Notes under the pieces: model-generated
The model's input: the letters and a program-made list of their open reading frames with translations, nothing else
What the model was told of the DNA's origin: nothing
Databases searched by the model: none
Assembly: GCF_964355755.1 (NCBI RefSeq)
Contig: NC_092673.1
Coordinates: forward strand, 11,876,948-11,940,947
Direction of reading: 5' to 3'
Length of the DNA stretch: 64,000 nt
Source of the DNA: Antedon mediterranea
Lineage: Eukaryota; Animalia; Echinodermata
Position numbers and translations under genes: made by a program
Part shown: piece after piece, positions 27,829-40,251 of the stretch
Layout of the letters: the number at the start of each line of letters is the position of its first letter
Position numbering within the stretch: the stretch's first letter is position 1

Positions 27829-28806
27829 ACTTTGACTGCCAAACACGAAACACAACGCTTGACTGCCAAAAAACGCAAAACATGGAGATCTCCGTGTTTG
27901 GCAGTCAAGCTTTGTGTTTCCAAACACAAAGATCTCCATGTTTTGTGTTTTTTTACGAAATCCAGTAGATAGGTTAATTATTGGTATATACTATAAATAT
28001 GGACACCATATTCAGTCTGGAACGTAAATATTTTACTATTTGAAAGAAACTAATCTGGTTACAAAACGATACCTGTCGAAACATCAACAGGCACGTATTG
28101 TATCGGCCGCGCTAGCTAGCCCGAAGCATTGCAAAGGTTTTTGTGGATTGGCATGTTTGTTTGTTATCTGAATAAAAAATAATGGTGTCATTTTGAATTT
28201 GAAATCTTTAATTTTATTATTTTTTATTGTATGTATAACCTAAAGTGTGTTGGTGTTTCACTAAGTGAAACAAATTTTACACAACAGACCTGTTTGGAAA
28301 TGCTATGGATATTTGATTATCATCATTTGGTCGTGATTAAAAATCGATCACGTTTTAAGTCTTTCATGGTGTTATGCATTTCGGTCGGTGCACCATTCCT
28401 AGTCGCAAAAACGATTCCGGGCCAACTTTAGGCCTGGTGTCTTTAGTATGTGGATTTTTGGCCAAACTTTGTAGTCAGATTTACGATTTATAAAATGAAA
28501 AACATTTTCAGATGGTGACAACTTGTTTTTATAGGCCTATCACCTCACCAGCGATATTTTCATATTGTGCTGTCCTACACAAAATAGCGAATATCTCAAC
28601 TTTCCTGCGCAAAACTAAAAGTGGGTTCCTATACATATTGTGATTTGAAAATCGTTTTTGGTACCATTGTAAAGCTAAAATCTTTATGATTATTTTAGTC
28701 TAAATTACATATCAATCAGATCACATGCAGAGTTTCAATCAGCTTAGTAAAAACATTGAAATTGCGGTTGCAGTTTCTAACTGGAAAAACCTCTGGCAGT
28801 CAAAGT
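27829..28806. mobile_element. Non-autonomous TIR element in WDR38 intron 4
   Basis: TIR actttgactgcca / tggcagtcaaagt, with extra copies of ttgactgccaaa forming a hairpin at 27858-27910. Confidence 0.6.
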
Positions 28807-29086
28807 ACCTTAATAAACAAGTAACGCATAACATGAAAAATACATTATAAAGGTATGTACTGTACATGATTATCATAAATGCAAGGCCGTAGCGAGGGGT
28901 TAAAAAAAGATGGCAAAGATGCTTTAAACATAATTATTATATATAAAATATGACGATCTCTGCTGGGGAATTGGAGTGGGTAGTGAAAATTGAAAATGCT
29001 GGCCATGACCCTGAAATGAATCTTAAACTAACTATTAACAAACTAATCTAAATAGCATGTCTGTAGAATGGAAGAAAATATTGTAC

Positions 29087-29184
29087 CTGAACCAGCCAGA
29101 GTATGATGTCATGATCCCAACCGCCAGAACAAAGCATAGATCCATCATGAGAAAAACATACCATTTCCACACTTTTTGAGTGCC
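29087..29184 (-). CDS. WDR38: WDR38 exon 4
   Basis: GHSKSVEMVCFSHDGSMLCSGGWDHDIILWLVQ; tgtag / gtacaa; phase 1 to 0. Confidence 0.92.
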
Positions 29185-29343
29185 CTACATTAATTTAAAT
29201 TAGCACTTTCTTTATCAATCTATCAATTTATCAACTAAATATAGGCAATGCATTATATAAGTACTGTAGGCATAATTTAAATGAGTGAAATGAAAAACAA
29301 TCAATGTTTTTACAAAAAAAAGAGAGCATATAGTTTGACATAC

Positions 29344-29460
29344 CTTTAAGAACATGCTTTATTTCGCCATTTCTTGTATTCCAAATAATAACAGTTTTAT
29401 CGTAAGAGGCACTTGCAACGTATTTACTATCTGCTGTGATACAAACACTCTTTATAGATC
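29344..29460 (-). CDS. WDR38: WDR38 exon 3
   Basis: GSIKSVCITADSKYVASASYDKTVIIWNTRNGEIKHVLK(G); ttctag / gtatg; phase 1 to 1. Confidence 0.92.
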
Positions 29461-30158
29461 CTAGAATATAAAAGTTCTTATTTCAGTTATTTTTTAAATA
29501 AAGAAGAAACAATTGAAACTAAACTGTATCACTATCAGTTAATTACAGTAAAACTGTCTACACTATAAAACTTTATTTATCAAAAATGCGCCCTACTGTG
29601 TAGTTTGGTAGTGTTTTGATGAGCTTTAAGAATACTGTTTAAATATATAGCATCAGACCTTCATTTAAAAAAATAAATTTTCAAGGAGCTTGATTTTAAA
29701 ATGTTTTTAGTGAGAATATAAAAAGAACCAAAACGGATCCCAAACAGATATTCCTATTGGTCAGATTGTTTTTTTAAAAGTGTTACGTGTGACTGCCTGC
29801 TTAGAGGTAAAATATAAGATTTGACATCCCACAGGGAATGATATTTTGCTCTCGGGAATATATTTCCCGAAGCATGTAGCAAAAAGATAGTGCATTTTTG
29901 CTTAGTGCTATTTATAATATAGATATCATTAGATTAGATTTGACATACAGATATTAACATTAAAAGACCTTTTATTAAACAATATATACAGTACACCTGA
30001 CCTTAATGTAATAATACTGAATTATGAAAGCTTATTCCTGCACTTAAGTATTATTCAATTATGTATTTATTTTCAATATTTGTAATGTGACCTTGTTTTA
30101 CAAAATCTACAAAATATCTAGATCTAGGTTAGCTCAAACATCATTCAAATATTGTTAC

Positions 30159-30279
30159 CCTGATGTCCCTTGAATCGACAAACAAGCTTTTCTGTTAAGT
30201 TGTTGAAAACGCGTACAAGTCCATCGTCAGCTCCTGTTACCAGTATCTCCCAATCAAGGGAAAATGTGCAGCAGTTTAC
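30159..30279 (-). CDS. WDR38: WDR38 exon 2
   Basis: VNCCTFSLDWEILVTGADDGLVRVFNNLTEKLVCRFKGHQ(G); tgtag / gtaac; phase 0 to 1. Confidence 0.92.
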
Positions 30280-30878
30280 CTACAGTTTTAAAATCAAGTG
30301 TATCAATAAAATATAAAATATATGATGAAAAAGAGAGGCATTATATTTATTCTTGTACGGTAACTGTGCTAGGATATTATTTTGAGCATTGATGAATATA
30401 TGATATATGATTGTGCTTTCATCATCCATCATTATTATGTTTTAATTGATAATAAAAAGGTCTAATTGTATCAATTATGCACAAACACATTTGACAAATG
30501 AGCGATTTCAGTTTGAAATCACTTCACTTGAATTTGAATAGTGAGACACAAAAAGAGAAACCACAAAGCTTGCTTATCAATGGTCTGTGTGTGGCTCTGA
30601 TTAGCTGAAGATAATCTATTCCCAGTAGGCCCTTGTACTTGTAGGTGCGAAAGTGCATCCCTTAGAACTAGACTAGGAATTATGCACTTTCAAATGTATG
30701 CCCCACTATACGATCCTCCGGAGGAGAGGTGCGTCATTTACAAGTAATGCCTACAGATTAACTAACTAAACTAGCCCTCTATTTTAAGGCTATTAGTATT
30801 ATATTATAGTAGGGTCAGAAGGCTCTAGCCTGCCTTAGACTAGAGTTTAGCCTCTAGTTAGTAGGGCTAACTTAACCT

Positions 30879-31958
30879 GGGTGTCACGAAACCTAAGACC
30901 ACGAAAGCTAAGACCCCCTAAGACCTAAGATCACGAAAGCTAAGACCCAAGATTACAAATATTTATCTTTCGCACCTGCCTTGTATTTTAACTCCCAACA
31001 TTTATTCTGAATACCACACCTTAGAATTGGCACTTTTATGAAAAAGAATCACATAAAAAGTAACAAATACATTTTTAAATTGATGATTTTACAGACGTTT
31101 TTCTCGCACACAAACTGTTTGCAAACTTCGCATGACTAGCCTACAGTACAGTAGCAGTTGTAGGCCTACCATGTTCAATGTTTTTGTTTCTATGGAACGT
31201 CAAAAGAGCCAAAATTATATAGAAGGCTGAAAACTCTGTGGAGTCCATCTACAGTGTGGATGGAACAATGTAAAATTAAAATTGTAATGATAATAGCATA
31301 ATCATGCAAGTACGAAGAAATAAATACTGGCAAATAAATTTTAATTTAAAAATCATGATTTGTTTTGTTTTCTTTCTGTTTTTATACTTGTACTATTATT
31401 GTTGCTCTTTTGGCGCTCCATAGAAACAAAAACATTGAGCATGGGGGGGAGCTCGAGGAGTTACAGTATACAAAGAAACATGTCTGTAAAATCATCAATT
31501 TAAAGGATTTATTTATTTGTTTTTATGTGTTTCTCCGTCTGAAAGTACTTATAAATCCTAATTTTAAAGTGTGGTATTCAGGATAAAGTTAGTCAACAAA
31601 TTTGGAGTCAAAATACAAGAAAGGCAGGTGCGTAAGAAAAACATCCTCTGAACCAAAACAATGGAGTAAATATATACCAACAAACAACCCGTCAAGTTTG
31701 TTTGTTGTAAAGAAAAAATATACATTTACTCAACGGGCGAAAATAATGTGAGTTTATCTATGTTTTGCGGTAGTATTTAATTATATTTATGGTAATAAAT
31801 GAAACCTACTGTGTTTAAAATTGTGTATGGATAAACAAGTATTGTTTTTAAGCTGTAGTATATCTTAGAATTTGTAATCTTAGGTCTTGGGTCTTAGCTT
31901 TCGTGATCTTAGGTCTTAGGGGGTCTTAGCTTTCGTGGTCTTAGGTTTCGTGACACCC
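30879..31958. mobile_element. Mutator (MULE)-like foldback MITE with 10-bp TSD, WDR38 intron 1
   Basis: About 80-bp near-perfect TIRs (gggtgtcacgaaacctaagaccacgaaagctaagacc...) built from short subrepeats; exact TSD aacttaacct at 30869-30878 and 31959-31968; further internal inverted arms. Confidence 0.85.
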
Positions 31959-32265
31959 AACTTAACCTAGCCTAGCCTACTAGCCGAAACTAGGCCTAGA
32001 CTATATACAGTAATATAATAATTAATGAATGAGGCCTAGGCCTATATTAATAATGTACAGTACAGCAGTTCACCTGCAGTACACTACAGTTTTAAAATCA
32101 AGTGTATCAATATATAATAGATAGGTCCCTATTCCCTCTAACCCTACCAGCTAGGGATACCTACTGTAGGCCCTAGGCTATATTAGTTTAATTTTTAGAC
32201 TATGGCTTAGGCCTACTATAATCTGCTTAGACTTACCCATAATGGGTACCGTAAGTCTAGGCAGT

Positions 32266-33083
32266 GAACAGGCGATCGTGGCCAAGGATGATCACAGAGA
32301 TGATCGGGCCCATTATTTTTATATGGCATGCCCATCATCTTATATATTATGTATTATTTTAGAAAATGTTATCTGTACTTTTTGTCCGCTGAGTATAGTT
32401 TTTCCGTTGATTTACCTTGACCTTAAAAAGTACTTATATTTAACAGAGTATTTTGAGCGTTGAGATTGCGTTGTTAACGTTTTCTAGATTTTTTATTACT
32501 GTATTATTTCTATTAAGGTTCAAGGCGATTAAACATTTTGGCAGATATTTTTGCTACATGTTTTTGACTGGGGATTTCCATTTTATAAAAAAAAAACATG
32601 CATTATTAATATTGTGTGAAATAGACAACACAATAATGAAGTATGATTTTTCCATAATTTTATTAAATAATTCAGTGAAATGATCATTTTAGTATACTGT
32701 AGTGTGTCAAATGAATGACGTACAATCATTTTTTGCCATGGCCGGCAGCAATGGAAGTCATCTTATTTACTAAACTAATAATACAAACGTTGTGAATGGC
32801 TACCTGCACGTGTTTGAGCTGCGTATCGTCGGCAATAAAGATGGTTTTTAGTGTTATTTTATTTTATTTTTATTTATTCATTTCTTAACCAACAGTGAGC
32901 TCATGGTTCACCACTTACAGGAGGGAACTTTATTATTTATTTTGATCGTCTAATTATATTGGCCCAAACATCCACACAGTTGAGCCCAAATGTCCACAAA
33001 GTTGGGCCCGAATGTCAACACGCGTTGTTGGTACCCGATTGTCCTTGTCCCCAATCGTCCTTGGCCCCGATCGTCTGTGTGCA
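32266..33083. mobile_element. Degenerate MITE in WDR38 intron 1
   Basis: acaggcgatcgtggccaaggatgat is the imperfect inverse of atcgtccttggccccgatcgtctgt; subterminal ggccc repeats. Confidence 0.5.
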
Positions 33084-33375
33084 AACTAGGTAGGCCTATT
33101 CCAGTAACTACTCGGGTTTTTGTGAAAAAGTGAATCTCCTACTACGTAGCTAGACCTAGGCTACGTAACATAACATAGGCCTAACCACTAGGCCTAGTAG
33201 GGGAATATGCATATTATATGGATGGCCTAGGCCTAGGTAGGCCTAGCCTAGCCTCTAGGCCTAGGAGGCTAGCTAGCCTAGGGCCTACTACATTTTCAGC
33301 CTCATTTATTTTGATGAAGGCTTTCTAATTTATAGGGCATCCTGCTCCTTCAATAATACCACTGTAGTACTGTAC

Positions 33376-33474
33376 CTCATCTTTGTGTCCATCAAATGTT
33401 TTATAACATTTGTTTTCATAATTAACTTGTTCTTGTAGGGCTAGCCCTAGGCCTAGGTGTTCACCAGCCAGCAT
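33376..33474 (-). CDS. WDR38: WDR38 exon 1
   Basis: MLAGEHLGLGLALQEQVNYENKCYKTFDGHKDE; in-frame stop upstream of the ATG; phase-0 donor gtacag. Confidence 0.8.
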
Positions 33475-35163
33475 GCTATGATGCTCCAAATCCGTTTACA
33501 CCCGGCGTCATTCCTGTACAGTACTATCTTTGATGTTGCTGCTGGCATGGGTACGGGCGGTATTCGCTGGTGGGCGGGCGGTAAGTTGTTTTTGTGAAGA
33601 AGAATCCCGTTGTGAACGGCGCCCGCTGGGGGGTCGGTGTGAACGTAAATAATAAAATACCAACGATCATCTATCTTTGACCATACCAAAGAATATAATC
33701 ACAAGAATGAGTATTCCGCAATTTTTGCATGAGAAATTTGTAACAGAGAGCTCCAGAGAGTGATGTCTACTGTTACTACATACTAAATAAGACTTGATTT
33801 AATAGATTATGTCACATTAAATAGAATTATGATAATATATTTCGCAATTGTAAACTATTTTATAATACATATTTATTAACAAACTAGGCTAGTGTACATT
33901 CATTTTTACAGACAATTATTTACTAACATGCTAAATTAGTTCACAAAAAAGGCCTAACACAGCAACACCAAAATCAACGAATCGTTACTCACACTACTTA
34001 CTATTCTTTATCATTGCCGCGTACTACTCTACGCCCGGTAAATTAAGTATTGTTTTTATGATATAAATTAGTATAAAATACATGTTATTATAGGATAAAA
34101 TGTTAAATGTCATTAACATTTATTTGTTTTACCAGAAACAAGTTAAATATAGGAATATTATTAAACTATCCTTCGTGAAAACGCGTAAACACCACGCCCG
34201 GTCACGCTATCGTAGCGCCCGGTTGATAAAGCGAACTGTTTAAAATACGGCAGTTTTTACTAAATAAATTGCATAAAACGAACAATTAAATATCCAAATA
34301 GCATTTAACATGATGTTGGCATGTAGTTGATAACATTTTTTATCATGAAAATACTACCGGTGGTCCAGCCTTTGATTAGTGAAACCGTCACAAAAAGTTG
34401 TATACATCCCAGATACATCCTCACTTATGGCGGAGCCCTACCACATGGGCAATATTACTGTTACAGGGAAAATCGCGGATTACTCATTCTTGTGATATAT
34501 ATTCTTTGACCATACACACCACCACGACCACCGACCGAACAAGGGCGTTGCCACGATAGTCTGTTCTGCATAGGGTTATAAAAAATGTTAACTATATAAA
34601 TGGTAAAATATACTCTAGGATCTGTTTCTACACTTTGATTTTAGTACTTGGGAACGGGTGAATAAAGGTAAGGGTAATTCTGGCTGCAGTTAATTAGGCC
34701 TAGGCCTAGGCCTACATTGTTTTATTAAATTATCTGTTGTATTTCGTTAACCTTTTTTCCGTTTTCTTTTTTAAAACACATTTTCCACACTTATTATAAT
34801 AATAATATAAAACAAGTACGATACAACAAGTAAAAACATTTTACGTATGGAAGCCTAAATAAATTGTACGAAAACGTTACGCCAAGGCTCCCAGAAACAA
34901 ACGAATAAAAATAGAAAATAGTAACAATAGTCAGGCAGTAGACAATATAAAACTACAGTAATCATAGGCCTATTAATTATCAACATAACTTTGGTAATAA
35001 TTTGTTTCAACCTCTTAAAGATATATTGCCCCTCGGAAAAATAATTTTTTTAAATGTTTTAGTTGAATGCCATTTAAATAATATAATAATAATCAGTTAT
35101 TAAATTTTACCAAGACAACTCACTTTTTTATTCTATGAAAAAAATCCACAAGTAGTTTTAAAA

Positions 35164-36625
35164 TGAATGATGATGGTGCTAAATGGAAAAATATTCCAAT
35201 GTATTATATTAAAAAAATATGTGATGTTAATGTTTTACTTAACATGTCATATTATAACATTATTGATGTTAATTCTGATAAAATTCCACTGTTTTACAAA
35301 AATATGATAAAAGCCTACATAAATTATAACAGAATCTCTAAAAAAAAAACCTGAAACTTATAACGATATAATGAATGAGCAACTGTGGGGAAACCACTAC
35401 GTTAAACTAAAAAAAAATCGCTTTTCTACAAGCATTGGATTGACAGTGGCATTATCAGTATTAAAGACATTGTTAATAAGAACACTTTTTTAACATCAAA
35501 CGAAATACTGGTGAAACTACAATGTAAAACAAACTGGTTAAATGAGTATTTATGCATTATTAAGGCAATATCAATTCAATGGAAACGTATTATTAAGGAG
35601 GTAGATATTTTTAATTGTGATGATAATGATGAATTAGTTGGGACCAAGTATGAGATTAATACTACCAAACTAATATACTCATGGTTTGTGAAAGAATATT
35701 TCATTATTCCAATGTCACAACTAAAATGGGAAGAGTACTTCAATGATAACAACATTGATTGGAAAACTTCTTGGTTACGGAAAGTATGTAAAATGAAAGA
35801 TAAGAAACTAGCACAATTCAATTATAAGATGTTACATAGAATACTGCCTACCAACAAACGGCTGTATCAGTGGAAAGTTAAGGAAACACAAACGTGTGAC
35901 AAATGTGGAGAAATTGAAAATGAAAATCATTTGTTTTTTAGTTGTAGATTTATTCAGAAATATTGGAGGAAAATGCTTAGTATCTTTGTAAGTTTAAATC
36001 ACAATAATATATCATTTAAACAATTAATACTAGGAACGGGAGATAAGCTAATAGATTATATTTACACTTTTGCAGCATTTACTATTTATAGAATAAAAAT
36101 GTTATCTGCACTAAATAAGCCAGTGGGTAAATCTTTATGGAATTCATTTAAAAGCAATATGTTATATAACATTGAATGTGAAACATATAACAATAAAGAA
36201 ACAAGTATAGAAAAATGGGTAGCTTTAAGAAATAAGATTATGATAATATATTTTCTAATTTGATACGATTAACTGAAAAAGAATTACAGTGATACGGGTT
36301 ACTGGTGGTACTGAGCTATTATTGTTTTTTTTTTTTATCATGTATATAAATATATTGTATAATCCGGGTTGTAAAATGAAAACAAACAAATGAAAATGTG
36401 TGAACTATTTTAAAACGGGATAGATGATAATGATGATCCTGTCAAGTGTATAACAAAATATAAGAAAATTAATGAAAAAAGGAATAATACAGAATTCATA
36501 TATGTAAAAATGTTACTTATGAACTGTAACGACATTTACAAGTTAAATAATACGATTTTATGTAATATGAGATAATATGAATGTGAATAAAAGTGGTGTT
36601 TGCGCCACAAAAGAGAGAAAAAAAA
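35164..36625 (+). mobile_element. 5'-truncated L1/Tx1-clade LINE (ORF2 C-terminus with zf-RVT)
   Basis: ORF 35511-36263 with FNYKMLHRILPTN..L and CDKCGEIENENHLFFSC zinc knuckle; frameshifts at A-runs near 35345 and 35412; AATAAA at 36586 then A-rich tail; 14-bp TSD aagtagttttaaaa at 35150-35163 and 36626-36639. Confidence 0.88.
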
Positions 36626-39600
36626 AAGTAGTTTTAAAAAGTTTTGTAACTTATCATTATAAAATGGGGAAAATATAATTTTTTTTTTCCGGTTGTAGAT
36701 TTTTATATCTTTACTTCTATTTCATGATAGGTTTTCATGTGAAATTTTGCTTCAACTTCAAATATTATGAGAAAAAAATAAAAGAACCTGCTATTAAAAT
36801 TCTCTAGGTTCTTTTTTAGTTTAATACATCCCTATTTTTCATAATGGAAGAGTCCAAAACTTGTGCGTTTACATTTTTCGCTATTGCTGACTATTTCAAC
36901 TTTTGTAAGACTATCTTTTAATTTTTTAAATTAATATTTTATGTATCTGTAAAGTAGTATTAATAACGTAATAAATCATATAGCATCATAGTAGCTTCTC
37001 AAAACATTGCTTCTAGCATTACTATGTGTGTTTGCTGTGTTTTTGTAGGGACCACTTTTTCTAGGCCCACGTACTTGCTTTTCCGCTGAATTTGCTGCTG
37101 CTGCATAGTCAGGTCTCCCTACAACATACAACATTTGTATATTTTAAGCTAAAAATGATGAATGGATAGAAATATCCAGCTCTAACAACGATATATTTTA
37201 TGTGCTTCAAATATTGACTAGGTTTGTGCTTTAAATATTGACTAGGTGAACCGTATGGCCTAGCCTCCCTTTAATACTAATAATTAATAATAATACTGAT
37301 GTGATAGGCTAGCTAGCCTGGCTAGGCATTTAAAGCTCAGATACAGGCATGAATTTTAAATATAATATCTGGTTAATTGTACATAAATCAAATATTTGTA
37401 ACAGAAATCAAGACGAAAAAACATGAATTTCCCCTAATATGGTCAAATACAAAATTTGGCAAAATTCTGCCAAAAAAACAAGGAAGACTTTTTTTCAGTA
37501 GTTAGGTAGTTAACATAATGTAATAACATGTCTGGTGACTCCCTAGAAGGTGAAAAAAGATGGTGGATATACGGTGGATAATTTTTGCTATAGCATAAAA
37601 ATAAAATTCTGAAGTTGAATAAAAATACAAGAAATGTAAAATTCAAGTTATATTACCTATATTTAGTCATCTGATAACATTTTTTACCACACCGTTTATT
37701 TTTCATAGCTTTTTAAAATGCCTCTCTACTTTCAAAATTTGTGTACAAAAGAATAGAGATTTTACTGTGTAATTTGAACTATCCCACCCCCCTCCCCCAC
37801 TGATATGAAAGTGCTAATTTTCAACAAGCTCCTGTAACACAAATAAAATTCCAAATATTATGAAACATGGGGGAAACTATAGATCGATAATTATTGGAAT
37901 GTATGATCAATAGAAATGTTTTGCCCGCACCTGGCCTTTAACTTTTATAGACACTCTAGGCCTAGATATAGCTTTCAGTACAGTAATTGTTTTTTATTTT
38001 TATTTTATTTTATTTTATTCAAACTCATTCCACAGCGGGAAACCCGCCCCTTACAGAATGGAATAAACTATACCATATAAAAATATATATAAATCTTAAA
38101 ATCTAACAATACAAAATTATACAATTTTACTAATTTTATTACAAAGACAATTATAACGGTCAAAAAAGAGATCAATAGAATTATCTTTAAGAACACAATT
38201 ATTAAAAAGAAGACAAATACGTGAAATAAATCCATTCTTGGTAACATTAACACGACAATACGGCACATAAAGAAGATTACATTTGGAATTACGAGTACGA
38301 CAACCAACAGCTTTAACATGAAAGGAAAACAAGGAGATAAAATTACAATTGAAACGGGAATTCATACATTTATACAAAAACTGAAGATCGAACATAGAAC
38401 GACGAGAGACAAGCGAAGGAAGAGAGACAGACAAAGGAGGACAGTGACAAGTAGCATACACAAAACGAAAAACGATCTTGGACTCTTTGAAGACGGGTAC
38501 TATGAACAGACGAAAACGAATTAGACACAACACTACAGTATTCAAGATGGGGACGGACAAGAGAAACATATAAATGAATTAAAGTATTAGAATTTTTAAA
38601 ACACCAGCAATTACGACGTATCATGCCTAACATTCTATTTGCTTTACTAACAGCAGCATCAACTTGAGGAATAAAATTTAAGTTACAGTCGATAATAATA
38701 CCAAGATCTTTATGACGGTCAATTCTTTCCAAAACATGATTATTAATGCTGTAATCATATTGGATATATTGTCTTTTTTTAGTAATCGTCATAATTTTGC
38801 ATTTTGGTAAGTTTAAAATCAGCTTCCAGGTGGTGGTCCATCTAAAGAGAGTACAAGGTCATTTTGAAGGGAAACAGTGTCATTAGGGCCATTGATAGTA
38901 TTAAAGAGTTTAAGATCATCCGCAAAAAGTAAGCAAGAAGAAGAAAGATTAGAAGGGAGATCATTGATAAAGATATTAAATAAAAGGGGACCAAGGATCG
39001 AGCCCTGGGGGACCCCAGACAAAACAGTGAGCCAATCAGAAGCTTGACCTTGAAACATAACGCGTTGCTGCCTGAAATCAAGGTAACTAACAAATAATTT
39101 AAGGATAGGGCCAGAAATACCAAATTTGGAAAGTTTATGAACAAGAAGTTGATGGGAGACGAGGTCAAAGGCTTTCGAAAAATGAGTGTAAATAACATCA
39201 AGTTGAGATTTGCTTTCGATAGCAGAGTAGGCAAAGGTAACAGAGAGGTAAGATTAGTGAGACAAGATCTTTTGGGGAAGAAACCATGTTGGAAGGGGCT
39301 AAGAAGAGGAGAAACGTGCGTGAAGACATGACGATAAATTAAGCGTTCGAAAATTTTGGAAAGAGCAGGAAGTAAAGAAATGGGGCGGTAGTTACAAACT
39401 AAAGATTTAGAACCTCCCTTGTGAATGGGAAAAATATCAGCCCTTTTCCAAAGAGAGGGAAAATTACCATCGAATAAGGATCGAGAAAAAATATGACTTA
39501 AAGGGTAAGGTAAAGGGTTAGCACCAAGCTTGAGAATGTTGTTAGGTATGAGATCATTACCCGGGACTTTACGAGTATCAATAGAATTAAGAAGTTCAGC

Positions 39601-40251
39601 GACTTTTTTTAAATTGGTCCGGGCTACTTTGAATAGTGAAATATAGAAGTCAGAAGGATGCTTCTTCTTTTGTTTAAAGGATTGTTCTTTAGCCTTAAGA
39701 CTAGCAAGGAGTTCAGCATCGAACCATGGAGATAGCTTCCTGCGTGGTTTATACATTGGAACAAGATCACGAAGGGTAGCTAAAACTAAATCATAAAAAA
39801 GGTCAACAGAATCATCAACATTATTGCACAAGTCTAAAAGGTTCCAGGGAACACGATTAAGAGTTTCAATTAAGTCAGCATGATCTAATTTCTTAAAATG
39901 ATAAAAATATCGAGAATTCTTAACATTTCGTGCAGAGGTACCAGAATAAAACGAATAAAAAATAATATAAAGACGAATGATCAGAATTAAAAATATCATT
40001 ACAGCAGTATTCACTATTTGAAATATCCTTATTACAGAGTATCAAGTCTAAAATATTACCATTACAAGTAGGTTCTTTATTACATTGATAAAAAGAAAAA
40101 GGATTAAAAATAGAGTCCAAGAAAATCTGTTCATTGTTGTTTGACGAGGCTGGAAATTGAGTCCATAAAATATTAGTAAAGTTAAAATCACCGAACACAA
40201 GGAAATCAGCATCAGGTTTTTGGCTAGATATCTGTTCAATTGCCGAGCTCA

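Larger units (their letters stand above)
20509..33474 (-). other. WDR38: Complete gene model: WD repeat-containing protein 38, 9 coding exons, 969 nt, 322 aa
   Basis: Nine GT-AG exons join in frame (99+121+117+98+81+132+150+48+123 nt). The product is a 7-blade WD40 protein matching recalled human WDR38 segments in order (EVN..FS.D; GH..SVE.V.FS.D...L.SGGWD; ATGSWD; ASGSWDKT.HIW; K.WD...GKC..T; C.F...G...VSGA). Confidence 0.9.

Noticed and set aside
33453-33689. 78-aa ORF as WDR38 first exon
   Set aside because: Out of frame with the GHKDE exon end; the compatible frame starts at ATG 33474.
33700-34560. RFX X-box or divergent promoter upstream of WDR38 (gttgccacgatag, repeated cgcccgg)
   Set aside because: Only half-site matches; could equally be TE-derived.
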